Below, in pieces: positions 62,301 through 64,000 of a stretch of DNA of 64,000 nt; the first letter of the stretch is position 1, and every line of letters begins with the position of its first letter. This stretch comes from Schmidtea polychroa (Eukaryota). The notes under the pieces were generated by a model that was not told where the DNA came from, searched no databases, and worked only from the letters and a program-made list of their open reading frames with translations. The translations under genes and the position numbers were made by a program. The stretch is taken from the NCBI GenBank assembly GCA_044892525.1, contig CM097885.1, forward strand, positions 226,486,001-226,550,000. Direction: 5' to 3'.

Positions 62301-64000
62301 TTAAATTAAATAATACACTTGGAACTTAATTGACTAATTTTTTGGAAAGTAAGGGATCAAAGAGGATAATAATATCAAATTAAACTTGTTTTAATAAAAG
62401 TAAGGAAAGTTAGGATTAAATTACGATGATTGATGAGGATCTAAAATATGTATGAGTAATTAATGCCAATTTTGACTTTTGTGATCAAAGAAATTAAGAA
62501 ATCCAAAGAAAACTTCAAAACAAATTAAGACAGATTAAACAAAATGTAATTGTGAATATACTTATAACAATATTATAACAGATATTTCAGGATTTGGTGA
62601 AAGAACAAATGCTCAATATAATAGCACTCAAAAAATTAATTTTTGTTGTCAATATCAAGAATACATTTGATAAAATGTTAAACAATGCTGCAGTGTCCAT
62701 AAAAAACTTATAAGTGAACCAATAGATGGATCACCTGCAATGTTACGTTAAAATGTAGGTCTCGTTGGCCTCTTGAAAAGTGATGCCAGATAAAGTGGTT
62801 TTACAGATTGTAAATTATATTCGAATAATTGCAAAAAATCATTGTAAGTTCAAGAATTTCAATGAAGAGTAAGATGATTAAAATTTTCAAAATTATGTTT
62901 TTTTATATTGCATTGTAAGATGGTTATTAAGTTACAAGGTGATTAATCAATTTTTAGAACTAAAGGAATATCTTGTGAAATTTATTAAAGAAAAGGATAA
63001 ATCGTACCCATTACTCGACATAATGGAACATTTGCAATTTTTAAACTTAGTACTGCAAAGAAAGGTGAAAGATATTTCTGATCTGGTTGAAACGATATTC
63101 ATCTCTCAGAAAAAAACTGTAACTTTGTGAGAAGGATATCATGATAAAAAAATTAAACATTTTCCTCGTCTAGAAATTGGATTTCTTGAAATCAAAGATG
63201 AAAAATCTGATGAATATCTAGGAAAATTAAAAGAATTATTGGTCAATTCCAGGCTAAGATTTAAAGAAAACCTACACTATTTCATTTTTTATTAATTCTT
63301 TTAAAAATGGACTATATTGCAGTCACAACTCAGTGAATTCGATTTAATCATTTAAACATATAATCATTTAAACCATAGTAGAGGAAAGTGCGAACACCCT
63401 CAATATGTACTAATTTCCTTTTCACTGTTCAATTTTAATTAAAAATATCTATCAAGTATTAAACGAGATTTATAAATAAACTTACCCCATACTCTGTACT
63501 ACTATGAATACTATTTGGCCTCTTTTTAATTATTTCAATAGTGCTATCTTCTGGAATACAATACAAGAAAAATTGTTTACAGTCATTTAAAAATATCTCT
63601 TTATATTTCAATTCAAATAAATTTGGATTTTCTTTGATTTCCTTTGAATATAATAGTTTGATTTCATCAATTTTTTCGGAAGTGTAAATAAATATTGTGT
63701 AAATTTCTTTTATATACAATCCGTGATATCTATGTTTTGACAATATTTGCAAATTGACGTCAGAATTTGAATTAATGTTATACCAAGATAGAGTGATATG
63801 ATTCTCCAATCTTGTATTTTTATGGCATAAAGCTATTGCATGAAAGTCTATAGACTTTTTCTTCGCTATTTTCTCAATAATCTTTTCGACAGTGAAATAT
63901 TTATAAACTTTAATTTTCAAATATTCTTTACTTTCTTTAATGATTGGTAAAATAAAAGGAAGATTATTAATATCAGTTCCTTCAAATGGTATTTCTAATG
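53711..64000 (-). CDS. Putative tandem-ubiquitin-like-domain / Bcl-2-family fusion protein, copy B (5' part outside window, last exon uncertain)
   Basis: Exons >=64000-63486 (two Ubl domains, GTAAGT donor, phase 0), 56753-56508 (BH4/BH3-like, phase 0/0), 53968-53711 (BH1/BH2-like, 258 nt, phase 0/0; absent from the ORF track). The last exon aligns ungapped to copy A at 37/86 identities by manual count. Confidence 0.65.
54273..54525. mobile_element. hAT MITE (253 bp)
   Basis: TIRs CAGGGGTCCGCAACCT / AGGTTGCCGACCCCTG; degenerate TSD TGTTAGGC / TGCTAGGT. Confidence 0.85.
55360..55880 (-). pseudogene. hAT (ZMYM1/ZNF862-like) transposase relic
   Basis: ELKNPNFLSMLVDSTLDL and upstream YLTPEISVNSE...LPLQAH fragments. 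Confidence 0.55.
56340..56490. repeat. Dispersed repeat with a perfect 23-bp hairpin; partial copies at ~21690 and ~28636
   Basis: GACTATGAATCAGTAAATATATC (56356-56378) / GATATATTTACTGATTCATAGTC (56390-56412); the right arm and downstream sequence recur at 28636-28740 and 21689-21740. Confidence 0.75.
56824..59830 (+). mobile_element. Polinton/Maverick deletion derivative: long imperfect TIRs plus decayed pPolB
   Basis: Left end AGTAGATGGATTAGTCC...; 56829-56945 matches the reverse complement of 59749-59825 and 59542-59590. Internal fragments YEGGIRGG, YTMEVNIDIPECLHD, KLYNNSLYGKSVENL, AGDTDSFF, GKFKDES, DKR are pPolB motifs; possible degenerate 6-bp TSD TAAATT / TTGATT. Confidence 0.85.
59301..59340. 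repeat. (TA)20 microsatellite
   Basis: Directly visible. Confidence 0.98.
62560..63300 (+). pseudogene. hAT (GTF2IRD2-like) transposase relic
   Basis: QFLELKEYLVKFIKEK...IMEHLQFLNLVLQ...ISDLVETI plus upstream DGSPAM-like remnant; many stops. Confidence 0.55.

Overview
AT-rich eukaryotic, most likely animal, genomic scaffold with six N-gaps, standard genetic code and a mix of very short (~29-45 nt) and multi-kb, transposon-filled introns. Host genes: a six-exon vezatin gene (+, 2276-10265); an exon block for the N-terminal Argonaute-binding region of GW182/TNRC6 (-, ~38750-39630); a truncated HSP70 pseudogene; and two paralogous minus-strand genes about 31 kb apart (A ~35452-22491; B >64000-53711). 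In both paralogs an exon with two tandem ubiquitin-like (Ubl) domains is splice-phase-compatible with downstream exons encoding a divergent Bcl-2/Bax-like fold. The ORF track misses much of this, including the whole BH1-BH2 exon of copy B. The rest is dense with mobile DNA: hAT elements (one with an intact 706-aa transposase, one with a single frameshift, several relics and MITEs, many with verified 8-bp TSDs), plant-type DD39D mariner/Stowaway-like elements, a pogo DD35D element, Ty3/gypsy relics and a solo LTR, Polinton/Maverick polB relics (one with long TIRs), piggyBac- and Kolobok-like MITEs, and a G-rich 20-bp minisatellite. The top candidates for novelty are (1) the duplicated tandem-Ubl-Bcl-2 fusion genes and (2) a Ty3/gypsy Gag fused N-terminally to a 76-residue, di-glycine-terminated ubiquitin-like domain. 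All gene models and family calls were made by manual translation and motif recognition; no database search or expression data were available.
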